A DNA stretch of 64,000 bases, taken from assembly GCA_030390025.1 (NCBI GenBank), contig CM059432.1, positions 24,864,001 to 24,928,000 of the forward strand. Direction: 5' to 3'. The DNA comes from Squalus acanthias (taxonomy: Eukaryota). Made by a program: the position numbers and the translations under genes. Within the stretch, counting starts at the first letter, position 1. Every line of letters begins with the position of its first letter. Shown in pieces: positions 26,535-38,009 of this stretch. Below the pieces are notes generated by a model, which worked only from the letters and a program-made list of their open reading frames with translations, ran no database searches and was not told the DNA's origin.

Positions 26535-27413
26535 GTCTCTTGGTAATCGAAGTAATGAAGGTCAAATCCAAAAGTACCTGCAAAGTGATGCTCAGTAGCC
26601 AAAACGACTTCACACAGCGTTGACTCTATGCAGAAGTCTCTCTTTCTCTCTCTCAGAATCTCTCTCTCAGTCAGAATGAGTGGTGCAAAAATGTCTACCA
26701 CAGAAAAAGCCAGGAAGAGGCCGTCTTTAAATAGTGCCCCCCCAGTCTACCTGTCATTGCTTGCGCCAGGCGGAAAGGAGGGTGGCGCCACTCAATATCT
26801 GGTCCGGTGCACCACAAGGGCGTTGCACGCTCGACTGACGTCAAGATCTGCGGGCGCTGGAGATCGGGGCGGTAGTGTTTAGCGCCGCTGCAAAATGTCT
26901 GGTCAATTTCGCAAGCGGCGCAGACATCGCCGCGCCCGGGCGCTAGTTGCTTTGCACCCCATTAGTGCCCTCTTAAGGCGCTAACGGGAAGTGCAAACCA
27001 ACCAAATTTTCCCCCCAATATTCCCCCTTGTTCTTTATGTTGCTTAATTCAAATTATTAGATAATTACATTTTTTAAGTCAAAAAGAAGTCAACTGCAGT
27101 GCCTCATCAAATCCCAAAGACTATCTCATCTTTGCCCATCTATGCAAGCTTATGCGAATATAGAAGGGAGATAAATGTGATTTACTCTTAGGTGGTGAAC
27201 CTCTGGGAGAGCTTGCGGCATTTCTACAGCTTTTCTGGGGTTTTTGTGTTCTCTCGCCAAAGTTATGGTGGACGAGCGGGAGAACTACCACAGAAATCCA
27301 CCCCTTAATACCTTTAGGACAACTAGGGATGGGCAATAAATACTGGCCACAACCCAAGATCAAATTAACAAAAGACGCAGCAATGATATTCATAAGCTGC
27401 TGAGTTACATTCA

Positions 27414-27624
27414 TGATGTGGAGATGCCGGTGTTGGACTGGGGTGGACAAAAGTGAGAAGTCGTAGAACACCAGGTTATAGTCCAACAGTTTTATTTGAA
27501 ATCACAAGCTTTCGGAGCGGCTGCTCCTTCGTCAGGTGAAGTGACGAAGGAGCAGCCGCTCCGAAAGCTTGTGATTTCAAATAAAACTGTTGGACTATAA
27601 CCTGGTGTTGTGCGACTTCTCACT
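27414..27624. mobile_element. Fold-back mini Penelope-like element (inverted terminal-repeat hairpin)
   Basis: ~85-bp arms, 7-nt loop, 13-bp TSD TGAGTTACATTCA (27401-27413 / 27625-27637). Confidence 0.88.
27502..27539 (-). ncRNA. Minimal type I hammerhead ribozyme motif
   Basis: UCAC-CUGACGA-aGGAGC agcc GCUCC-GAAAGCUU-GUGA: intact core, stem II, palindromic stem III, stem I UCAC/GUGA. Confidence 0.8.
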
Positions 27625-28027
27625 TGAGTTACATTCAGGTCAAGTAGCTGGTGCAGAAGCCAGGGTAACTGGTGGGACTAATTTTGTTCCCCTCCACTTT
27701 ACCTGCCTTTCATTTTGAAGGTACTGACAAATGCAAGGGTATGGTTCCCTGGGCACCACCACCCTTTGGTACTTCACCCATTATTCTTGCTTGAGCCTAG
27801 ACAGTAAGTGTCAAACGTTACACGACAATAGGAGACCATCACAGATGAACTCAACCCTGTTCTCACTTGATTTTGGCACAGGCATTTTCAATGGGGCATC
27901 ACTAAAGAATGACCTTGTATTTATCTAGCACTTTGCACAGCCAATGAAGTACTTTTGAAGTGTAGTCATTGATGTAATGTAGGGAAACATGGCAGCCAAT
28001 TTGCACTCAGCAATGTTCCACAAACAG

Positions 28028-28360
28028 CATAAGAAATAGGAGCAGGAGTAGGCCATTCAGCCCCTCGAGCCTGCTCCACCATTCAATAAGGTCATGGTTG
28101 ATCTGATCTTGGCCTCAACTCCATTTTCCTACCTGTTCCCCATAATCCTTGACTCCCCTGTAGCTCAAATATCTGTCTATCTCAGCCTTGAATATATTCA
28201 CTGACTCAGCCTCCACAGCTCTCTGGGATAGAGAATTCCAAAGATTCATGACCATCTGAGAGAAGAAATTCCTCCTCATTGCCATCTTAAATGGGCGACC
28301 CCTTATCCTAAAACTATGCCCCCTAGTTCTAGATTCCCTACGAGGGGAACATCCTCTCTG
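28028..28360 (-). mobile_element. CR1 3' fragment inside a SINE tail
   Basis: RTRGHS..RRNFFSQ..WNSL; cataagaaataggagcagg tail. Confidence 0.85.
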
Positions 28361-28375
28361 GGATAAATGACCAGA

Positions 28376-28759
28376 TACTCTAATGAAGCTCAACGGAAGC
28401 TTGAGGAACAGCACCTCATCTTTCAATTAGGCACTTTACAGCCGTCTGGACTCAACATAGAGTTCAACAATTTCAGATCATAACTACTGTTCCCATTTTT
28501 TCTGACAGCAGGTGCTGGTAATGGTTCTGCTGTAGCCATTTACACCTCCTCTAGACCCATCTTTTGTTTCTTTACTTGTCCCTTTACCATCTCCCTTTGT
28601 CTTGCACCATCATCCCTGCCTTCCACCCTATCAGAGACCTTCCATTTTTTTCTTTCCTTCCCTACCCCCTTTCCCTGCTTCTGTACTTGCTTAAAATCTG
28701 TTACATCTCTAACTTTATCCAGTTGTGATGAGAGGTCCTAGACCTGAAACATTAACTTT
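28376..28759 (+). mobile_element. Penelope-like element 3' end (GIY-YIG tail + pLTR with degenerate HHR)
   Basis: cttgaggaacagcacctcatcttt...ggactcaacatagagttc; near-identical to 37630-38009. Confidence 0.85.
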
Positions 28760-29100
28760 GACCATGATTTTGCTGACCTCGGTGGCTCCGTGGCGGGCGA
28801 CGTCGGTGGTGGGTCCTGACCCCGCTGCTGTCTCCATTCCTTCCTCTGAAATGAATTTCCCAAAATTGGGCTTGTTAAGCCCGCCCAGCGTGTTTGCCGG
28901 CCAATTAGAGGAAGTAGGTCTGATGAAGTCATTTGATGACATGTCATCAGCCAGTTTCCTTAAAGGGACCATGCCCAAATTTAGTTTGACATTTGTGCTG
29001 TCAGTGTTCTACAGCATTGAGGTGCTGCAAGCACTGACAAGCACTGCACAGAGGTACAGGGCTACACCCAGGCTCTCCCAAGACTCCCTCCATATGTTTG
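28760..29100 (+). mobile_element. Truncated Harbinger derivative (family C) inserted in Penelope pLTR
   Basis: Left TIR gaccatgattttgc; homologous to 38010-38822 and 49280-50903. Confidence 0.8.
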
Positions 29101-29113
29101 GAAAAGATGAGGT

Positions 29114-29724
29114 ACAAAGCGGTCACCCAAATGCAGATTGGGTGACCGCTTTGTGGAACACCTCCATTCAGTCCGTAAAGGTGACCCCGAGCTTCCAGTC
29201 GCCTGTCACTTTAATTCTCCGCTCCACTCCCACTCTGATCTCTCCATCCTTGGCCTCTTACACTGCTCCATTGAAGCTCAATGTAAGCTCGAGGAACAGC
29301 ATCTCATCTTTTGATTAGGCACTTTACAGCCTTCTGGACTCAACATCGAGTTCAACAATTTCAGACCATAACCTTTGTCCATATTTTTTTTTCCACATGG
29401 CAGCTGTTGATCATTCAGCCATTGCCATTTACACTTCATCCAGACTCATCTTTTGTTTCTTAACTTGTCTCATTACCATCTCCTTTTGCCTTGCACCATC
29501 ATCCCTTTTGTCTCTTTATCTCTCCTGCCTTCCATCCTATCACAGACCTTCCCTTTTGTTCTTTCCTCTCCTCCCCCCTCTCCCTGCCCCTACACTTGCT
29601 TAAAAACCTTTTACATCTCCAACTTTTTCCAGTTCTGACGAAGGGTCATCGACCTGAAACATTAACTCTGTTTCTCTCTCTGCAGATGCTGCCTGACCTG
29701 CTGAGTATTTCCAGCATTTTCTGA
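29114..29724 (+). mobile_element. Penelope-like element 3' end, uninterrupted pLTR
   Basis: GIY-YIG C-terminal codons, then cagatgctgcctgacctgctgagtatttccagcattttctg. Confidence 0.85.
29631..29667 (+). ncRNA. Minimal hammerhead ribozyme motif (stem III mutated, CATT for presumed CGTT)
   Basis: AGUU-CUGACGA-agGGUC auc GACCu-GAAAcauu-AACU. Confidence 0.7.
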
Positions 29725-30852
29725 ATTCTCCTGGAATCCTGGCCAACTTTCTTCCCTGAACCAACAGTAGCCAAAACAGATTAATTGGTCATTCATTTGC
29801 CATTTCTAGGACCTTGCAGAATCCAAATCGGCTGCTGTATTCACCTACATAACAAAAGTGACTGCTCTTCAAAAGTATTCCATTGCTTGTAAAGTGCTTT
29901 GGGATGTTTGAGGATGTGATCAGTTGCTTGTTAAAAATTTAGGTCTGCTGTAGATACCTTCTTGGACTCAGTGGTGTCAGTCACTCCCCAAAGAAATCTG
30001 AGTATCTTACCTTTACTGGAGTTGACTCACACTGATTTAAACCTACTTACATTTCTCAACCAGGCAATGCACTTACCCAGTAAGCCACTGGGAGAGCTTT
30101 CCAATTTATTTTGCATTTAAACATCCGTGAAATTGAAGTATAGGGAATTATAAAAATAGGGCTAACGTGGGCATCATAAATTTAGGCCTTTTAAGTCATC
30201 CTTAGCCACTTGATCTGATTTAAAAGTGGAAGGAGTGATGACGATTTTATTTTATACTGTACCAAGAATTTACTAATCTGTGCCCAAGGAAGGCAAGAGA
30301 CCTGCATTGTTTTTTATCCCCTCAAGAAATTCTCACTCTTATTATATTACTAATCAAACATTGATGCACTGATCACTGACAAAAAGTGCTTCTTTCACGA
30401 ATGACTACAGACAAGAAAACCAATCAAAATTTTTCACCTCCATTATAACATCATCTGACCAGAGATATTGCTTCGGTTGCTATGGTTATGGCAGGACCTC
30501 AAATTACGATTAGTGCTACAATTAGGATTACATTTCAGTCGGTGTTCGCTAACCACTTTGCGGACTGCGTCTTGACAGTTGTCATTTGTTTGGAGATTTA
30601 CGCTTGCCAATTAATCAGGAGCAAGTTAATCTTCAGCTTCAGTGAAGCTGAGAAATAGACTAAGAGTAAAACATTGGCTGCTTTGTGTTAAATACAGCAA
30701 ACTCATTAGGAACGATTTTACAAATGTGGACTCCTGATGGAAAGCCCTTGCCCACCAGCAGCTCATATTGAGAAATTGTGGTTTTGCTCCCCATGAATTT
30801 TCATCCAATGGATGGAGAATTGCACGGAAGCGCGGCAGCAATTTGTTGACAT

Positions 30853-31697
30853 GGACTGGATTTTCTGAAAGGGAAGCTTTTGGAGGCGGGACTCCCACTT
30901 GTCGGGTTTCAGTCCCACCTCCATCAGCTTCTGGCCAACCAGTGGGATTTTCCCCTGAGTAACCTTGTTAAGCCCACCCGGCGGGCTCAGCAGGCCAATT
31001 AGGGGAAGTCAGTGACAGAGCACGTCAACGTATGACGTGTCATCTGTCAAGAACTTTTGAAAGAAGCAATGTCATCATTTGACAGCTATTTGAAGCTGTC
31101 AAACACTGACATTCTGTGTAGTTTGATGAGTCCTTGTGTTCAGGACTCATCAAACCTTTCTACTTTGCAGAATTCAGCTGGCTGTTGGATCGGAGGATGG
31201 AACAGCCAGTCAGTGATCTCTACAATGGAGATGTCGGGGACTCTGGCTCCACAGCGGCTGAAGGCTGTAGGTAGAAACAAAGGTAAGTTAACATTTTCTA
31301 ACACTTTACACTCACCTCACATACTTACCACTCCACACTTGCACTCATCACTCAACTCTACATCGCACTTTCTGACCCCTCCGACCCTCGCAGACCCACT
31401 GCTCGCCTCCTACACCCTGGTGGGGTTCCCCCAGGTCGGGAAGCCCGCACTTCAGAATGAAAAATGAGGATAATCCTATTTTCTGCCTGTTAGCTACCTG
31501 TTAACAGGCAGTTAACAGGCTTTAATCCCTTCCCGCCTCCAAGGAGATGGGACCTGGGGCAGGACGGCTTCCTGCCTCCTGGCAAGAGGGCACGGAGGCG
31601 GGTTGGGGGCGGGTTTGCCTCCTGCCCCCAAATTCTGCAACTTTCCCGGCAGTCCCGCCTCCATACCCACCTCCTCGGGGCTGAGAAAATCCAGCCC
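30853..31697. mobile_element. Harbinger-type MITE
   Basis: TIRs ggactggattttct / gggctggattttct; GC-rich subterminal regions; no clear TSD. Confidence 0.75.
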
Positions 31698-31754
31698 GTG
31701 TTCTTTACCAGCTCTCCACCAGGAGTGCAAATTTGTAAAATCATCCCCGCTGTC

Positions 31755-32125
31755 TGCCATGTGTTCCATACAGGATAACGCGCAGGTAGCAAAGCGTTCC
31801 ATATAGGATAGTGCACAGACTGCAGTGTCTTCCGTAGAGGATAACACAATCTGCACTGTGTTACATCCTTTATGGAACATACTGTAGACTGTGCACTACC
31901 CCTACCTGGAACACACTGCTGACTGTGTTACCCTGTATGGAGCACACTGTGCAGATAGCGCATAGCCAACAGTGTATTACATACATGTAGTCTGCAGCGC
32001 GTCTCATATAGGATAATTCAATCTTCAGTGTGTTGCGTACAGAATAATACAAGATGCAGTGTGTTCCGTAAAGGATAAAGTCCAGTCTGCAATGTGTTCC
32101 ATTCAGGATAATGCAGAATGCCTGT
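31755..32125. repeat. Degenerate ~32-bp minisatellite with internal orientation switch
   Basis: Units like gtgtgttccatacaggataacacagtctgca forward, reverse (~31860-31960), forward. Confidence 0.7.
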
Positions 32126-32874
32126 GCAGATTGAAGTATTGAACTTTAATGACTGCTGAAGTGGGAACTTCAATTTCTTTCCCTTAGAGTTTGATTGGCA
32201 AGTTTTCATAGTGGAAAGAGTGAACCAATCTGAAAAGCTAACTCAATGTTTACATCTTTTTCATCTAGTTATTTTTAAAGGCAGAAACACTGAGCCAATC
32301 ATAAAACTAGGCCATGAACCTCTAGTGAACCAATCAGGACAAACATAAAAACATTATATCGATACAATATCATTGATTTACATTATACTCAAAATATATA
32401 AGCTCCCAGTTAATGAAATAAAAGTCCATTTAATTTCAGTATGAGACAAATGATTTACCCTTTGGTCATTTTAACAATAGCTTGCAACTGAAGACAACTC
32501 CAACAAGGACAAACATTCCACAAATTTGACTTGATATCTGTTGAAAGCAAATGTAGACCTAGCAAAATTGTATTGGGCAAGCAAAGTCTTTCCAATTAGC
32601 CAGTGCTTGGTCCAACAACCTTGGAAATCTGGCTCAAGTTCAAGCAACTCTTGTGATGATGCCTCTAGTCATGATCATGTAACAGACTGACATCCTAATG
32701 ATGTTGCAGCTGAGACTCAGGCATAGGCCATCTCCATCTGGTCCATTCACTTTACTGAGTCCGAAAGGAATAAATGATTTTCTTTCTTCAGGCTGCCAAA
32801 CAGGTCAATATGTGTGTCTGGCTTCTGGGAACTTAAAGCTAAACTGAACAGCTGATTTTCATAGTAAGTACTTT

Positions 32875-33579
32875 GGGGGAGAAATTCGGTATCGCCCCAT
32901 TTGGGGGCGCTAACTTTTAAAAGTTGAAAAAATTAGCGCCAATCAAGCGCTCCACTTCCTTCCTGGAGCGAAACAGGCAGCATACAGGGCGGTAGGTGTG
33001 CAACACACTAGGCCATGCAGCGCTGCTGCGTTGGTAGGTTCCTTCCCTCCCTTAAAGGGAAGGGCCATCGCTGCAGGCTCTGCAAGAGGGAAACTTACCT
33101 GGTCCCTGACGGCAGCTGCGATCCGGCCCGATCAGCCCGATGCACTGCAGCAGAGTGCCGGGCTGATCGATCACTGGCAAAGACAAATGAAAAAAGAGAA
33201 AGAGCGTTTCAGAATTTTTTCCAACTTACCTCGGCCAGCTCGCCTTTAAGCATCGCCCCCCGAAGCGCCCGGCCTCCCGTTGAACGCCTCCTGCAGCTGC
33301 CGATGTTTTTGCCCAGCAATGCTGCAGGGGGCGGAACCGAAGTTCGGGCCCGGGGCGCTACCGAGGCGATGCGCACAGTGATGACGTCACAAGCTCCGGG
33401 CGAAGGAGATCAGGGCGCAACGCCATACTGCCGCCGCAAACTTCCCTCCGAATATAGCGGGAGTCGATCTTCTCGCCGCGCCTGGTCGGTAAGTGCTTAG
33501 CGCCCTGTTATCGTCCCCAACCCCCCCCCCCCACCCCGCGGCGATAACGGGAGGTGCTAAGGAGGCCAATTTCTAGGCC
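32875..33579 (+). mobile_element. Harbinger MITE related to family A ends
   Basis: TIRs gggggagaaatt / ggcctagaaatt, TTT TSD; start gaaattcggtatcgcccc matches 22879 onward. Confidence 0.85.
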
Positions 33580-33789
33580 TTTCCAAGCCAATCCTATACA
33601 TTCTACTTTTCTATATTTTTTTCTATTTTGTGATTTATTTTCCTTACAAAGGAATGATGTTCCATACAACATTCCATTGGTCAATCATTCCCAACCCCCT
33701 GGCCTATGGTGTTCTGGAATAATTGCTGGGAGGTATGCAAAAGAGGCGTGGGATGCTGTTTTTTTAAATCTCTTTTCCTTCTCAAAGGA

Positions 33790-34910
33790 GAAGAACCTCT
33801 CCAGACAGACCACCTTAGATTCAGCAAGTACATTCAGTTCTGGTCACGGAAGCACAAGGAAAATATTCTAACACTGGAAGTGATGCAGAGCAGAGGTTTG
33901 TGGCTGATACCTAGTGTGAGGACTTTGTTATGAGGAAAAATTAGAAAGATGGCCTTGAAAGGGTAAAAATGAGAAAGGACCTTACACTGGTATATAAGAT
34001 ACTAAGTGGAATAGTAAAGATTAATCTGATAGAAGGCAAATTTTGATATCAAAAAACAATGTGTAGATGATACTATAATAGGAGAAATAGTTAATTCTTT
34101 AGAAGACCAAAGGATGTTGTAAAGTGATATTGATATGTTAGGGGAATGGGCTAATAAGCGGCAGATGGAATTCAATGTCAGTAAGTTCGAAGTGATGCAC
34201 TTTGGTAAAAAAATAACAGCGGTAATTATACTCTGAATGGAAGTAGGCTAGATGCTGTGGAAGAGCAGAGGGATTTGTGGTACAGGATGTAAAAGCCTAG
34301 AGGTAATGATGAGGAATATAAAACCTTAATAAGACCTCAGTGAGAGGACTGTGAAGCAGTATTGGGCTCAACACTATAAGAAGAATATTGAGGCTTTATA
34401 GAGGGTTCAATGATGTCTGGTATGAGGAAATGCAAATACAAAGAAAGGCTTGAAAAATGTGTCTTTTTTGTTCGAACAATACAGATTATGGGACGATATG
34501 ATAGAAGTGGTTAACATTATGAAGGAATGGGACAGGGTTGGTAGAAGCAGACTGTTTCTAGTAGTTGAGTGGTCCAGAACAAGAGGCCATAGATATAGGA
34601 TATAAGATTAATTGTAAGAGATTTAGAACAGAGAGCAAGAGAAATTTCTTCACACAACAACTTGCATTTATATAGCGCCTTTAACGTAGTAAAATGTCCC
34701 AAGACCCTTCACAGGAGCATTATCAAACAAAATTGTTGTTGTTGGAGGGTCCATGTTACCTATGTTTCTATGTATCTCTTCACACAAAGAGTAGTTAATA
34801 CCTGGAATTGATTAGTGGGTCGGGTTGTGGAGGCAAAATTTGTTGAGCTATTCAAGGAGTTAAACAGTGAAATGGAGATAATCATATATTGTAAGGGAGG
34901 AAGAGTTAGA
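33790..34910 (+). mobile_element. Old CR1 RT/3' fragments (with an L2 tail at ~34655-34740)
   Basis: Degenerate WQMEFNVSK.EVMHFG, QFWS, RTRGH, NFFTQ codons. Confidence 0.65.
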
Positions 34911-35757
34911 ATGGTCTCCCTCATCTCTATGGACGTCCAGTAACTCTACGCCTCCATCCCCCACCAGGACGGCCTGAGGGCGCTCCGCTTCTTCCTTGAA
35001 CGGAGGCCCAACCAGTCCCCATCCACCACCACACTCCTCCGCCTGGCTGAATTTTTTCTAACATTGAACAACTTCTCCTTTGATTCCACTCATTTCCTCC
35101 AAATAAAAGGTGTTGCTATGGGACCCCTTATGGGTCCCAGTTATGCCTGCCTTTTTGTGGGATATGTGGAACATTCTTTGTCCCAGTCCTACTCAGGTCC
35201 CCTCCCTCACCTCTTTTTCTGGCACATTGATGACTATCAGTGCCGTTTACTGCTCTCACCCCGAACTGGAAAGTTTCATCAACTTTTCTTCCAATTTCCA
35301 CCCTTACCGCATCTTCACATGGTCCATCTCTGATTCTTCCCTTTGCTTCCTCGATTTCTCTATCTCCATTTCTGGGGATAGGCAATCGACTAATATCTAC
35401 TATAAGCCACCTACTCCCAAGCTACCTTGACTACACGTTCTCCCACCCTGCTTCCTGTAAGGACTTTATTCCATTCTCACAGTTTCTCTGTCTCCGTCAC
35501 ATCTGTTCTGACGGTGCCACCTTTCATACCAGTGCTTCTGATTTGTCTTCCTTTTTCCTCAACCAAGGATTCCCCTCCACCATGGTTGATAGGGCCGTCG
35601 ACTGTGTCAGTAACATTTCCTGCACTTATGCTCTCACCCCTTCCCCTTCGTCCCAGAACCACAATAGGGTTCTCCTTGTCCTCACCATCCACCCCGCCAG
35701 CCTCCACATTCAACGGGTCATCCTCCGCCATTACCACCACCTCCAGCCTAATCCCAC

Positions 35758-37208
35758 TGTAAAGGAATGAGCCATACCTATTCAGAAAAATACACCATCC
35801 TATGAACAGAATTCTGACTTTTTAAAAATATGACAAACTGGGTTTAAAGATCTAAAAGCCTCAATGACACAAAGCTGTAAATACAGGCTTCTGAGGTAAG
35901 ATGAGTCACAAAGCTGTAAACACCATACAAGCTTTTGAAATGGGAATTGGTTGTAAATACTAAAACAATGGCCCTATTGAAGAAGCAAAGAGGAGGTTCC
36001 AAGAAGTCTGCAGTTTGGAACCAACACAATAAGAATACCCAGTTTAAAGTGTTAAAAACTAACACTTCGAACAGAAACACAGAACATTAAAAAACCATGT
36101 GCCTTTGTAAAAGTAACATCAAATGAAAGACAGGAAACATAAGTTTGTAATATAACCAACTAAGATGGCTGGGGAAACAATCAAGTACTTAGTTGAAGTG
36201 TTTTTGATTTACATATTGTAAAAGGTACAAACAGAAGACTTTGTAAATATTACATCAATAGATGCATCAAGCAATCACATTGGTTATGTGTTGAACTTGG
36301 AACACACGGAGACAGAAGTCTGCTTTCAACCAGTTAAAGTGATTTAAGAATTCAATAGAGGACCTTCGTAAGAATGGTATCAAATAAAAAACTACTGTCA
36401 AATTGTTTTTTATGATAAGATTTGAACACCTAAAGGTAGAGACAGAAGTCTGCAAGTTAACAGCTGAATTGACAGTACGAATAGAAAGAAGTCAACAGAA
36501 AATATGACTGGAGATAATTAGCTTACATCAGCAGAAAACTTCAACGAATATACCACTGAGAAAGAATATAAAATATAGAACTTTCAGATAGGAAGTCAGA
36601 AGTCGCTGGAAGGGGCAAGCGATTCTCAACTTCAGAGGCAGGCTCTGTAAGTTTTTAACTCTTTGAGTCTCAGGGATCAAAAGGTACTTTTATTTGATTT
36701 TGGTGGATATTCTGGATTAAGAATAAGTACGAAGTGTGGAAAGGTAACGAAGTTAAGATTTGAGAATAAGGATCTCTGATAAGAAATGTAAGCTATTTGT
36801 AATTTGAACTGTTAAAGTTGCGATTGAATCACCAACTGTTAGCTGCATGTCGGTTCTTTAATAAATCTATATATTTTTAGAATTGTCTCACGGAGTATTT
36901 CTGTATCAAACTCGCAAACTCAATTTCTGTACACTCTTTTGTGAGGAGTTGCAGAATTCTGGGGGGGTTTCCGGACCCTCATAATATCCGGAAGGTTACA
37001 GTCTAGTTAAACTTATTAAAAGTGCTATCTGGAGGACGGTAACATCTTCAAGTCATTCCTTTCCTTTAGGGAGAGGTAGTCTGACCTTTAGACCCAATTA
37101 AGCGTCTCTAGATTCGGCTATCTCTAACTTTAGTTGAAGGTGAACGTCTGGGAATACGCCTGATCTGGGGTCACCCGAAAAGGGCTAGGACTAGTAATTA
37201 TCCCTTCA
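35758..37208 (+). mobile_element. Solo LTR (1451 bp)
   Basis: TG...CA, TSD CCAC (35754-35757 / 37209-37212), TATAAAA 36567-36573, AATAAA 36860-36865. Confidence 0.88.
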
Positions 37209-37970
37209 CCACCACCAAACACATCTTACCCTCCCCTTTCAGCATTCCAAAGGGACCCTTTGCGGCAACCTGGCCCACTCTTCAATCACACCCAACACCC
37301 CTACCCCTTCCCACAGCACCTTCCCATGCAAGTGCAGGAGATGCAACACTGGCCCTTTTACCTCCTCTCTTCCCACCATCCAGGGCCAGAAACTTTCCTT
37401 CCAGGTGAAACAGCGTTTTACTTGTATTTCTTTCAATTTAGTAAACGGTATTCGCTGCTCACGATGTGATCTCCTCTACACTGGGGAGACCAAATGCAGA
37501 TTGAGTGATCACTTTGCGGAATACCTCCTTTCAGTCCGCAAGCAAAACCCTGAGCTTCCGGTTGCCTGTCATTTTAATACTCCGCCCACTCCCACTCTGA
37601 CCTCTCTGTTCTTGGCCTCCTACACTGTTCTAATGAAGCTTAATGGAAGCTTGAGGAACAGCACCTCATCTTACTATTAAGCACTTTACAGCCTTCCGGA
37701 CTCAACATTGAGTTCAACAATTTCAGATCATAACCACCGCTCCCAATTTTTCGGACAGCAGCTATAGGTAATGATTCTGCTATTGCCATTAACACCTCCT
37801 CTAGATCCATCTATTGTTTTTTTACTTGTCCCTTTACCATCTTCCTTTGTCTTGCACCATCATCCCTGCCTTCCACCCTATCACAGACCTTCCATTTTTT
37901 TCTTTCCTTCCCTACCCCCTTTCCCTGCCTCTGTACTTGCTTAAAACCAGTTACATCTCTAACTTTTTCC

Positions 37971-38007
37971 AGTTCTGATGAAAGGTCCTCAACCTGAAAC
38001 ATTAACT
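37971..38007 (+). ncRNA. Degenerate hammerhead ribozyme motif in Penelope pLTR
   Basis: agttCTGATGAaaggtcctcaacctGAAAcattaact. Confidence 0.55.
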
Positions 38008-38009
38008 TT

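Larger units (their letters stand above)
22873..27016. mobile_element. Near-complete autonomous-type PIF/Harbinger transposon (family A), two convergent genes
   Basis: TIRs ggggggagaaatt / ggggggaaaattt; Myb/SANT gene on +, DDE transposase on -; no clean TSD. Confidence 0.93.

Noticed and set aside
27451..27624. pre-miRNA or rho-independent terminator
   Set aside because: TSD, a second copy and the HHR motif identify a retroelement-derived palindrome; small-RNA production is untested
28725..29318. 197-aa ORF
   Set aside because: Spans the Penelope/MITE/Penelope junctions; not a coherent gene
15465..37208. One 21.7-kb LTR element or inversion bounded by the two LTRs
   Set aside because: The LTRs are in opposite orientation, each has its own matching TSD, and no gag/pol lies between them
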